This document shows positions 40,195 to 48,503 of a stretch of 64,000 bases of DNA, in pieces; position 1 is the first letter of the stretch; each line of letters starts with the position of its first letter. The notes under the pieces are model-generated. The model was not told the DNA's origin. It ran no database searches and saw nothing but the letters and a program-made list of their open reading frames with translations. Position numbers and translations under genes: made by a program. The stretch is from an uncultured virus (IMG/VR IMGVR_UViG_3300029448_000026) (Duplodnaviria; Heunggongvirae; Uroviricota; Caudoviricetes), in IMG/VR virus record IMGVR_UViG_3300029448_000026, positions 1 through 64,000 of that record; one strand, given 5' to 3'.

Positions 40195-41118
40195 ATGACA
40201 GAAGAAACAAACACAGAGAAAGACAAAACAGTTAGTGACATACTAACTGACGAGAATGATATATCTATCTCCACTAGTGCAATGTTGGTAGAGGTCAATA
40301 TATCTAAGTGGACTGGTCGCAAGTTTGATAAGTCAGCAAGCGAGTACGTAGAGACCGCAAACAAAGCACACGTTGGTATGGCTAACGTACATAAGAAGTT
40401 ACTTGGTGACTGTCCTCAACTCAGTGCCATACATAAACACGTTGGTAACAGTTACAACATACATCGCAGTAGTACATTGCCATGGTCTGACAGTGGACTA
40501 CGTCTTGTGCCAACTGTTCACTATTTTAAATACAATCAGCAAATGACAGAACTCAGAAATCACTTCTTTCAACTGTGTGACGATTTCTATGGTGTCTATG
40601 ACTTTGCAATCCAAGAAGCCAAGGTCACACTTGGCGATCTGTTTCAAGCAGACAACTACCCCTCCATTGACACAATCAAATCTAAATTTGCGTGGCGAAT
40701 GAGTTACACCGAAGTACCTCAAGGTGACTTTCGTGTAGACATTGGCAACGAGGGTTTGCGTCAAGTCAAAGAACAGTTCAAGCGGTTCTCAGATACCCAA
40801 CTCAAACGAGCGATGGGTGACGCATGGCAAAGAACGCATGACGTGTTATCACGTATGTCTGACCGCCTAGATTATTCAGGGAGCGAAGACAAGAAAGTAT
40901 TTCGTGATACGATAGTCACTAACGTCACTGACCTTGTCGATCTACTTGATGGGTTCAACCTCACCAACGATCCTGCAATGAAGACAATGCAGAAGAAACT
41001 AGAAAAGACTTTCCGTGGCATCACACCAGATGCACTACGTGAAGACGATATCTTACGGCTCGACACTAAGAAGGCCGTAGATGAAGCCATCAAGGCATTA
41101 CCTAGTCTTGATATATAG
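40195..41118 (+). CDS. Early protein (DUF3150-like)
   Basis: Start moved to ATG 40195 (AAGGAG). SAMLVEVNISKWTGRK..TLPWSDSGLRLVP..LGDLF..DNYP; typical neighbour of the AAA/vWA pair. Confidence 0.6.
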   Translation: MTEETNTEKDKTVSDILTDENDISISTSAMLVEVNISKWTGRKFDKSASEYVETANKAHVGMANVHKKLLGDCPQLSAIHKHVGNSYNIHRSSTLPWSDSGLRLVPTVHYFKYNQQMTELRNHFFQLCDDFYGVYDFAIQEAKVTLGDLFQADNYPSIDTIKSKFAWRMSYTEVPQGDFRVDIGNEGLRQVKEQFKRFSDTQLKRAMGDAWQRTHDVLSRMSDRLDYSGSEDKKVFRDTIVTNVTDLVDLLDGFNLTNDPAMKTMQKKLEKTFRGITPDALREDDILRLDTKKAVDEAIKALPSLDI

Positions 41119-41157
41119 AAACTGTTAGTCACACACTAACTAAAAGGAGAACATATT

Positions 41158-41472
41158 ATGGTACAGAAAAGAAAAAGCAGATTGATGGGCTTTGAAGAGT
41201 TCATGCAACTTTCAGAAAAAACAGAAAAGGAGAACGCGGAGAAGGCAGAGTTAGGGAAATTCCTAGAAGAGCATAACAGATTACACGCACTTCATACAGA
41301 TAAGGAGAAGGATTTTCTTATTAATGAGCAACTATTAAAAACAGAAAAGGAGAACGCGGAGAAGGCAGAGTTCTTTCAACATCTAAACAATGTGATGGCT
41401 AACAAGTTACTCAAGCCAAGTATTATAATGGAATATGTCAATCAATATAACATCAGTATGGGAGAAGAATAA
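41158..41472 (+). CDS. Hypothetical protein with internal duplication
   Basis: 104 aa, KTEKENAEKAE occurs twice; AAGGAG RBS. Confidence 0.6.
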   Translation: MVQKRKSRLMGFEEFMQLSEKTEKENAEKAELGKFLEEHNRLHALHTDKEKDFLINEQLLKTEKENAEKAEFFQHLNNVMANKLLKPSIIMEYVNQYNISMGEE

Positions 41473-42569
41473 TGGCAAACTCAGCTATAAATATGTACGA
41501 ACTATCACTCGACCAATGTGTATCAGCTATCATTGCAGGTGGTAATAAAAGAACTGTACTTATGCAAGGTCACATGGGTACAGGTAAATCAGCAACACTT
41601 ACAATGCTTGATAACAAGTTACCAGAACACAAGGCTTGTTACTTTGATTGTACCACCAAAGACTTGGGTGACTTGTTGATACCTAAACTCAAAGACGTAG
41701 ACGGTAACGACTATGTTACATTTGCAACCAACGAAGAACTTGGGTTACATCTTGCAAACACTCCGATCATACTAATGGTTGATGAGATTGGTAAGGCAAA
41801 CCCTTCCGTATTCAATGGTATGCTACGATTGATATATGAAAGAAAGATTGGTTCTTATACTATGCATCCAGAAAGTATATTGTTTGCAACTACTAATCTT
41901 GGGGCAGAGGGTGTTGGTGATATCATACCCCCACATGGGCTCAATCGTATTACTGTGGTCAAGGTACGCAAACCAGAACACATGGAGCTTATCGAATATG
42001 GTATTAACAACAACTGGGATAGTAGTGTACTTGGTTGGATCAAGGACAATCCATCTTTGTTGCAGACCTTTGAAGATGTAAAGAACCCAGACGACAACCC
42101 ACACATATACCACCCACAATCTAACCAAACATCTTTTGTTACACCTAGATCATTAGAGTGTGCAAGCGACTGGTTGCAGGTACGGGATCAGTTTGATGAC
42201 CACACGTTAACAGGTTTACTCATGGGTACGATAGGTGAACGCGGGGCAATGGACTTGATGGCCTTTGTCAAACTTGCAGATGATCTACCTAAACTTGAAG
42301 AGGTCAAGAACGATCCTAAGAATGCCAAAGTACCTACGAGTGCTAGTGCAGTATGCATGGTGGTCTATCGTACTCTTGCCAACTTGGAAAGGGATTGGAT
42401 CAATGCATGGATGGATTACATGGTGCGTCTTGACAAGGAAGCACAAGGTCTATTCGCCAATGGTGTTCGGTCAGAGAAGTATGCCAAGCGATCTATGGTT
42501 ATGACGAATAAGAAGTTCACCGATTGGGCTATGGAAAACAACTACATGTTCGTAGCAGATAAGAAGTAG
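41472..42569 (+). CDS. MoxR-like AAA+ ATPase
   Basis: Walker A GHMGTGKS, Walker B LMVDE, ATTN sensor 1, NR arginine finger, TPRS sensor 2. Confidence 0.85.
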   Translation: MANSAINMYELSLDQCVSAIIAGGNKRTVLMQGHMGTGKSATLTMLDNKLPEHKACYFDCTTKDLGDLLIPKLKDVDGNDYVTFATNEELGLHLANTPIILMVDEIGKANPSVFNGMLRLIYERKIGSYTMHPESILFATTNLGAEGVGDIIPPHGLNRITVVKVRKPEHMELIEYGINNNWDSSVLGWIKDNPSLLQTFEDVKNPDDNPHIYHPQSNQTSFVTPRSLECASDWLQVRDQFDDHTLTGLLMGTIGERGAMDLMAFVKLADDLPKLEEVKNDPKNAKVPTSASAVCMVVYRTLANLERDWINAWMDYMVRLDKEAQGLFANGVRSEKYAKRSMVMTNKKFTDWAMENNYMFVADKK

Positions 42570-42577
42570 GAGATAAC

Positions 42578-42865
42578 ATGTTACACAAAGACACTAAGAA
42601 AAGACAGACCCAACGAGAAAGGCTCTATGCTATTCGTAGGAAGAAACAAGTTATGATGGATAAAGGATCAACGTTTGCTATCTGTGAGATCCTTGAAGCA
42701 CTAGAGAAACATCTTGACGCAAATGGTTTCAAGTCAGAATGGCGATCTGTTCTCGGTCAAGATACTAACCATAATCCTATTTGGAATTTGAACATCTATG
42801 TAGAGGTGGACAAGAAACAATGGGGCAAAGCAGTTAGTAATACACTAACCAAAAATAGGAGATAA
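42578..42865 (+). CDS. Hypothetical protein
   Basis: 95 aa with AGGAG RBS. Confidence 0.6.
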   Translation: MLHKDTKKRQTQRERLYAIRRKKQVMMDKGSTFAICEILEALEKHLDANGFKSEWRSVLGQDTNHNPIWNLNIYVEVDKKQWGKAVSNTLTKNRR

Positions 42866-42866
42866 C

Positions 42867-44126
42867 ATGTTACAGATAGGAAAACAACTCACACCTGAGC
42901 AACGATTGTCTAAAGCAGTTGTCGATGCTATGGGTCACAGTAGGTACATGCGATTGGCGAGTGTACTTATGATTGGTAATAGATCAATCGAAGATGGTAT
43001 ACCAACGGCTTGCACTGATGGTAGGAACGAGTGGTATGGCAGAGAGTTTATTACCAAACTCAATGACGCAGAACTACGGTTCCTCGTATTGCATGAGTGC
43101 TACCACAAGTTATACAGACACTTATTTGTTTGGGAACACTTGGTCAAAGACGATCCACACCTTGCCAACGTAGCTATGGATATGGTTATCAATACTAAAC
43201 TTGTCACTGAGAATGAGAAAGACTTGTTTGCTACAATGACAGGTGAACTATCAATCGGTTGCTATGACAAAAAGTATGAGGGTTGGGATACTGCAATGGT
43301 GTATCACGACCTCAAGAAGAATGGTCTACCCAAGCAAAAGGGCCTACCAGGCAATGGAGATGGTACACCTACAAACACGTCATCAGGTGATGGTACTACT
43401 ACCACCGTACAGGGGCATGGTGGGTTCGATACACACGACCATGAGAATGCCAAGGTTATGAGTGAGAAAGAAAAGAAAGACCTTGCCAAAGATATTGATG
43501 AAGCGATACGTCAGGGTGCTATGATTGCAGGTAAGATGGGCAGTGGTGGTGACCGAGACTTTGACGAACTACTCAAAGCAAAGATAGATTGGAAACAAGT
43601 ACTACGTGATTTCATTACCACTACTTGTAAGGGTAAGGACTTCTCGACTTGGAACAGACCCAATCGTAGGTTCATTGGTCAGGGTATATACATGCCTAGT
43701 GGTATATCTGAGAAGGTCGGTGAACTTGTCATTGCCATTGACACGTCAGGTAGTATCGGTGACCACGAACTACAAGCATTTCTTTCAGAGGTCAAAGGTA
43801 TCGTTGACAACGTACACCCAGACAAAGTGCGTATGTTGTATTGGGATACCAAGGTATGCAAAGAAGAAATTTATGAGACGCAGGAAGTTGACAAACTCAT
43901 TCAATCCACAAAGCCAGAAGGTGGTGGTGGTACTACGATCGAGTGTGTCCCAGAACATCTTGCGGAGCATAACGTGTCACCACAAGCGACTATCATTCTT
44001 ACTGATGGTTACCTTGGTGGCTCTTGGGGTCAATGGACTTGCCCCACCCTGTGGTGCATTATCGACAATGCATCTGCACAACCAGATGTGGGCAAGTGTG
44101 TTCACATCAATTCACATGAACTGTAA
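42867..44126 (+). CDS. Metallopeptidase-like plus vWA domain protein (DUF2201-like)
   Basis: TACTDG, LHECYH (HExxH), MIDAS DTSGS, GGGGT and LTDGY. Confidence 0.85.
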   Translation: MLQIGKQLTPEQRLSKAVVDAMGHSRYMRLASVLMIGNRSIEDGIPTACTDGRNEWYGREFITKLNDAELRFLVLHECYHKLYRHLFVWEHLVKDDPHLANVAMDMVINTKLVTENEKDLFATMTGELSIGCYDKKYEGWDTAMVYHDLKKNGLPKQKGLPGNGDGTPTNTSSGDGTTTTVQGHGGFDTHDHENAKVMSEKEKKDLAKDIDEAIRQGAMIAGKMGSGGDRDFDELLKAKIDWKQVLRDFITTTCKGKDFSTWNRPNRRFIGQGIYMPSGISEKVGELVIAIDTSGSIGDHELQAFLSEVKGIVDNVHPDKVRMLYWDTKVCKEEIYETQEVDKLIQSTKPEGGGGTTIECVPEHLAEHNVSPQATIILTDGYLGGSWGQWTCPTLWCIIDNASAQPDVGKCVHINSHEL

Positions 44127-44163
44127 TTGTTAGTCACGCACTAACTAAACAAGGAGAAACTAA

Positions 44164-45240
44164 ATGTCATATAGATATCATTCAACAAACCTTAATACCT
44201 TTGCTGAAGTTGCTGAGTTATACAACACAGTAAAACCTGTGGTCAGTAAGAACCACCGTAGAGAAGATGACCTTAGACCGATAGGTGTTCGCACTAGAAA
44301 GAATGAACGCATCATCAAAGTAAGTGATAACAAGTATATACTTAATGATGGGGAGTGCGATCCAATACCATTCTGGCATGGTTACAACCACAACAATGCT
44401 ACTAGATTACCAACCATGAAAGAGGTCGAGGCACTCGCACCGATAGTGTGGTCTATTGATCGTAAGGGTAACGAGGTTATCAAGATACGTAATGGGTCTG
44501 GTAAAGGGTCACACCAAACACGATACGCATTCCTTCAACATACCCTACCAGAGAATATGGGGCTTCTTATTGATAGTGGTAAGCAGTACATTCAACTTAT
44601 ACGACACTACAATCATGAGGCTGAACATAAAAACTTCTTCCTACCAAAGAGTGAATATAATTGGAAAGATGGAGATTCAAAAGATGATGGTAGGCAGTTG
44701 TACTTTACCAGACCCATAAATCATAAGAACCCCCATACCCCTTGGAGTATCAAGGGTAACACGTTTACATTTAGCCCACCAAGGAAGAGGATAGATCTAG
44801 AACGTAAGGCTAGGGTCAAACCTCTGTGCGATAAGTTCTATGAGTACATACTAGCCATGTATCCATTGGTCGAGTTAAAAGATAGTGGTTGGCATTGGTC
44901 TGTATACCAAGACAAGCTGTCTTCTTTGCAAGAACACTTTGAGATCTTCTCAGGTACACTTGTGAAGGAAGGAAACCAACACCCTTACACACATTGGGAC
45001 TGGGATAATAAGCACGACTTCGTTGAACATGTACTAAAGAAAGAGGATCACCCATGTAGGGTCGTACTTCTAGAGTTGTTTATCATTGACAGTGAGTTGC
45101 ACCAGATCAAGGTAGGGAACTCTCATGTACCTGATGACAAGTTATCAAGTGTCATACGCAACCAATGGAACAGATGGGTCAACAAAATATTTGATCTTGA
45201 GTATGTACATACTAAGGCAACCATAGCGAGGGTGAAGTAA
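44164..45240 (+). CDS. Hypothetical early protein
   Basis: 358 aa with AAGGAG RBS. Confidence 0.7.
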   Translation: MSYRYHSTNLNTFAEVAELYNTVKPVVSKNHRREDDLRPIGVRTRKNERIIKVSDNKYILNDGECDPIPFWHGYNHNNATRLPTMKEVEALAPIVWSIDRKGNEVIKIRNGSGKGSHQTRYAFLQHTLPENMGLLIDSGKQYIQLIRHYNHEAEHKNFFLPKSEYNWKDGDSKDDGRQLYFTRPINHKNPHTPWSIKGNTFTFSPPRKRIDLERKARVKPLCDKFYEYILAMYPLVELKDSGWHWSVYQDKLSSLQEHFEIFSGTLVKEGNQHPYTHWDWDNKHDFVEHVLKKEDHPCRVVLLELFIIDSELHQIKVGNSHVPDDKLSSVIRNQWNRWVNKIFDLEYVHTKATIARVK

Positions 45241-45737
45241 TGGGTTACCGTAGCGATGTAGTCATTGCACACTCTTTCATTTCTAAGAGCCACATGGAAG
45301 AGGTGCTTACCGTACTGACATTGGATAAGAGGTTTGCTGAGTACAAATTGGCAGACCACGTCTACACCAGCGAGGAGTACATACCACATGAAGACAAGTA
45401 TATGTTTAACCTTGTGGTGGTTGGCGAACAATGGAAGTGGTATGAGGAAAGCCAATTTGGTGGGTATGAGGATGTAGCTTGCATTAATTCCTTACTTACA
45501 ATCTGCCAAGATTTTAACACAGAAAGGGGTGTACCATACGCATACAAGTTTCTACGTATTGGTGAAGACGTGACCGATGAAGAGATGCGTGAGAAGGCAA
45601 GTGATTGTCAACATGGGGAATGGCTTGGAGAGATGCAAGATCGGGTCATGTTTATAAACAGAACAATAGAAAACGACTTCGCTAACTTACAATCAGTTAG
45701 TGGGTCACTAACCGAAAAGGAGAATGACAATGAGTGA
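45240..45737 (+). CDS. Conserved phage hypothetical protein
   Basis: MGYRSDV..WKWY..FLRIGED motif set. Confidence 0.65.
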   Translation: MGYRSDVVIAHSFISKSHMEEVLTVLTLDKRFAEYKLADHVYTSEEYIPHEDKYMFNLVVVGEQWKWYEESQFGGYEDVACINSLLTICQDFNTERGVPYAYKFLRIGEDVTDEEMREKASDCQHGEWLGEMQDRVMFINRTIENDFANLQSVSGSLTEKENDNE

Positions 45738-46755
45738 TAGTAGATTTTTAGATAGCAACTATAAGAAGGAAAGCCTAGAGAAGTTACACTCAGTGACTAG
45801 GAGTAAGAAATGTATTGTCAAAGGTGAGACCTTGAGAAACCTTCCTGTCATTAATGATGAGACAGAGATTAGTGAGGTGTTTGTTGATGTGTCAGGGGAG
45901 GCTCTATTTGGTGACAAATACAATGTAAACTTCCCACAATTATTACACCACAGTACGACATATAAAGCTATTGTATTCGCCAAGGAGTTAGCACACAAGA
46001 TCAGAGGTGTTGACTTTGCAGTGTGTTCGATAAAAAGGACTAAGAGTGTATTTTGGGTATTCATGGAGGAACAAGTTTATACGATGGGTCAGATTGGCTA
46101 TGGGGATTTCTATACAACAACTACCCCTGCCCAGTACGAGTACATGGTTAGTTCCTACCCTATACAAAACTACAAGTATGATTCGTATTCTGAGCAACAC
46201 TACATGGCTAGGTCTATGCATATAGACAAGGCTATAAAGAATGCGAGTTCTTATTTGCGTAACCCTGCACCGAAAGACGTAGCGATATTAAATGCATTCA
46301 AGGCTAAACGAGAGTTCACTGATATTGGTGATAATATAGAATACAAGGTAAGGAGTAGTGCCAAAGAGGTTTTGAACGATGAAGTTATGTTGATAAGAGA
46401 GTTGAGAAATCTTTTGGACACAGATCATAAGTTCATACATGATGTTTTCCGTAGTAATGTTGAAAGATGGATACATGATACAGACGAGCTGGCCGATAGG
46501 AAACGTAAGGCACTCAACCTATATCACGTTAGGGTGTACATGGAAGAGGATGTACAGACCTTCGATGTCATACCTATGGACAACGTACAAGGAGATGTAC
46601 ACAAATCTGTCGGAGACCTTGTAACATATACTGTAGACAATGTACCAGAATATATAGTTGGTAAGGTGTCCGTATTATCCATGGTCAATGCTGAAACTTT
46701 TGTTGATGATGTGGGGTACAGAGATGAAGCAGGTTGTTTCTACATTACACGATGA
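45724..46755 (+). CDS. Hypothetical early protein
   Basis: 343 aa ending VPEYIVGKVSVLSM..VDDVGYR. Confidence 0.7.
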   Translation: MTMSDSRFLDSNYKKESLEKLHSVTRSKKCIVKGETLRNLPVINDETEISEVFVDVSGEALFGDKYNVNFPQLLHHSTTYKAIVFAKELAHKIRGVDFAVCSIKRTKSVFWVFMEEQVYTMGQIGYGDFYTTTTPAQYEYMVSSYPIQNYKYDSYSEQHYMARSMHIDKAIKNASSYLRNPAPKDVAILNAFKAKREFTDIGDNIEYKVRSSAKEVLNDEVMLIRELRNLLDTDHKFIHDVFRSNVERWIHDTDELADRKRKALNLYHVRVYMEEDVQTFDVIPMDNVQGDVHKSVGDLVTYTVDNVPEYIVGKVSVLSMVNAETFVDDVGYRDEAGCFYITR

Positions 46756-46996
46756 CTTGTTATCTAGTGACAGGGTATACCGTGTACAGATACCGATAGA
46801 TAGGAAATACATAACTGTGATATGTATTGGCATAGAATGTATTGACAAGGAATTAAAGAATTGCTACCATTCGATTAATGACTTACCAAATTGGTTGCAG
46901 GGCAAGATAGCGGTGCTTATGCTCTGTGACTTTAACGAGGAGATAAGGGGAGTTGGTCGGAGAGTGCGAGAGGATTTATTCTACATATTTGGTTAG
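46724..46996 (+). CDS. Hypothetical protein (start uncertain)
   Basis: LPNWLQGKIAVLML..IRGVGRR resembles the C-terminus of the upstream protein; its TAG stop is supplied by palindrome copy 9. Confidence 0.55.
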   Translation: MKQVVSTLHDDLLSSDRVYRVQIPIDRKYITVICIGIECIDKELKNCYHSINDLPNWLQGKIAVLMLCDFNEEIRGVGRRVREDLFYIFG

Positions 46997-47013
46997 TGCG
47001 TTACTAACTGATT

Positions 47014-47042
47014 GACCCACTTGGCTACGGCTGAGTGGGTTT
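47014..47042 (+). terminator. Stable hairpin, weak terminator or processing site
   Basis: ACCCACTTGGC-TACG-GCTGAGTGGGT (UNCG loop) with only a short T tail. Confidence 0.5.
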
Positions 47043-47074
47043 GATGCCAGTTCCACCACTATTAGGGAGAAACG

Positions 47075-47227
47075 ATGAAGACAGAAGATTTACCAACTGA
47101 TTTAACTTTGTTCCTGAGAGAGATGGGATTAATTGAGGACATGGCTTTACCAAATAAAACGGTTAGTGCTACACTAACTTACAAGGTGTGGTTACCAACA
47201 AATAAAGAAGAGGAGATACCGTTTTGA
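47075..47227 (+). CDS. 50-aa protein ending EEEIPF
   Basis: GGGAG RBS; stop overlaps the next TTG start; below ORF-track cutoff. Confidence 0.65.
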   Translation: MKTEDLPTDLTLFLREMGLIEDMALPNKTVSATLTYKVWLPTNKEEEIPF

Positions 47228-47565
47228 AACCAGAAGCTAAAGTTAAACGTACAGTAACAAGTTATTTAAAGAACATGGGTGCATACTATTTTTACCCAGT
47301 AACAGGTGGGTATGGGGGTAGCGGAGTACCAGATATCATAGCCTGTTACGAGGGTAAATTTATAGCTATCGAATGTAAAGCAGGTAGCAACAAGCCCACA
47401 CCATTACAAGAAAAAAATATTAGGGATATAAAAAACTGCGAGGGATTGGCATTAGTCATTAATGAAGAGAGTATGCATACTGTTGTTGATAAAATAGTGA
47501 GGTTCACTGCAAAAGTAGAGAGCAAAGAAATAGATATGAACAACATCTATAAGATGATGCAATGA
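47224..47565 (+). CDS. VRR-NUC/resolvase-like PD-(D/E)XK nuclease
   Basis: PEAKVK..SGVPDIIAC..FIAIECKAG..PTPLQ. Confidence 0.8.
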   Translation: MKPEAKVKRTVTSYLKNMGAYYFYPVTGGYGGSGVPDIIACYEGKFIAIECKAGSNKPTPLQEKNIRDIKNCEGLALVINEESMHTVVDKIVRFTAKVESKEIDMNNIYKMMQ

Positions 47566-47760
47566 GTTTTGTTGTCGGTGTTTTTTTGAGTTTGACACCG
47601 AGTAAGACAAGCAGTGAGAGTCTTACGACATGGAATATCCACTGCAACAAGAGGTAGTCTTAGTGTTAATGATGCACCTCCAACTACTGATCTTGTCGAG
47701 TAGGGTACGTAAAATCTAGCCCCCTACTGTAATAGGGGGCGACTAAAAAAGGAGAACGAT

Positions 47761-48105
47761 ATGAGTATAGCTGACGAATTTAAACTTAGAGAAATACCAA
47801 AAACAAAGGGTTGGTACGCACCAAATAGGCGTAGACTGGTTAAGACAAAGTCTGGCAAGGTGCAGGTCCGAAAAGTAGCCGTAAAGATTGGGCTTAAAAC
47901 GAATAATGTAGCAAAAGAAAGAGCTGAACGATTGAACAAAAGAAAAGAAAAGTATGAAGCCTACACGAAGAAGAGTGAGGAAATTAAGCTCTGGACTCTA
48001 CGCGAGTTACTAATATTCTTGGAGGGGCGCGATCCCAAGAAGTCTGCCACTGTTTCTAACATTGTGAATGATATAGTTAGAGGTAAGTATAATGACGAGG
48101 GATGA
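47761..48105 (+). CDS. Basic hypothetical protein
   Basis: 114 aa with AAGGAG RBS. Confidence 0.6.
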   Translation: MSIADEFKLREIPKTKGWYAPNRRRLVKTKSGKVQVRKVAVKIGLKTNNVAKERAERLNKRKEKYEAYTKKSEEIKLWTLRELLIFLEGRDPKKSATVSNIVNDIVRGKYNDEG

Positions 48106-48370
48106 GATATTACGAGAAGCAATGCGCCTCATAAATAACGACAGGGCAAAGGATTATGGTGATGCTTATATCAACCATGACCGTATAGCCAAGCTATGGT
48201 CCGTTATCATAGACAAAGAGATAACAGTAAAAGATGTTATGATGTGTATGTTGTGTGTGAAACTAGCTCGTTTGATCCATGCAGATAAGGCCGATAGTTG
48301 GGTAGACATATGTGGTTACGCAGGATTAGGAGGGGAGTTGAGTGGGAAAACAAATGACGATATGCCCTAG
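48092..48370 (+). CDS. DUF6378-like protein
   Basis: DRAKDYG..IAKLWS..KLARL..DSWVDICGY. Confidence 0.7.
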   Translation: MTRDEILREAMRLINNDRAKDYGDAYINHDRIAKLWSVIIDKEITVKDVMMCMLCVKLARLIHADKADSWVDICGYAGLGGELSGKTNDDMP

Positions 48371-48503
48371 ATGTGGGCAAGAAACTACTATGATACCTGT
48401 GCATGGACACTACCAATGTATACTATGTATGAGTGTTGTTGACGATTGCTGTAATGGTTTAACTTGTCAAAAACCAAAGGAGGAAGAGGAAGATGAGCAA
48501 TGA
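48354..48503 (+). CDS. 49-aa Cys-rich Zn-ribbon peptide
   Basis: MTICPRCG..VHGHYQCILC..DCCNG; stop overlaps the polA start. Confidence 0.6.
   Translation: MTICPRCGQETTMIPVHGHYQCILCMSVVDDCCNGLTCQKPKEEEEDEQ

Larger units (their letters stand above)
38651..47178. repeat. Ten dispersed copies of palindrome GTTAGT-N5-ACTAAC
   Basis: 17-bp copies start at 38651, 39659, 39934, 40231, 41124, 42833, 44129, 45696, 46992 and 47162. Confidence 0.95.

Noticed and set aside
38651..47178. Palindromes as a CRISPR array or integron attC sites
   Set aside because: Spacing is irregular (170 to about 1700 bp). The arm order is opposite to attC (RYYYAAC...GTTRRRY), GTTAGT does not fit GTTRRRY, and no integrase or cas operon is present.
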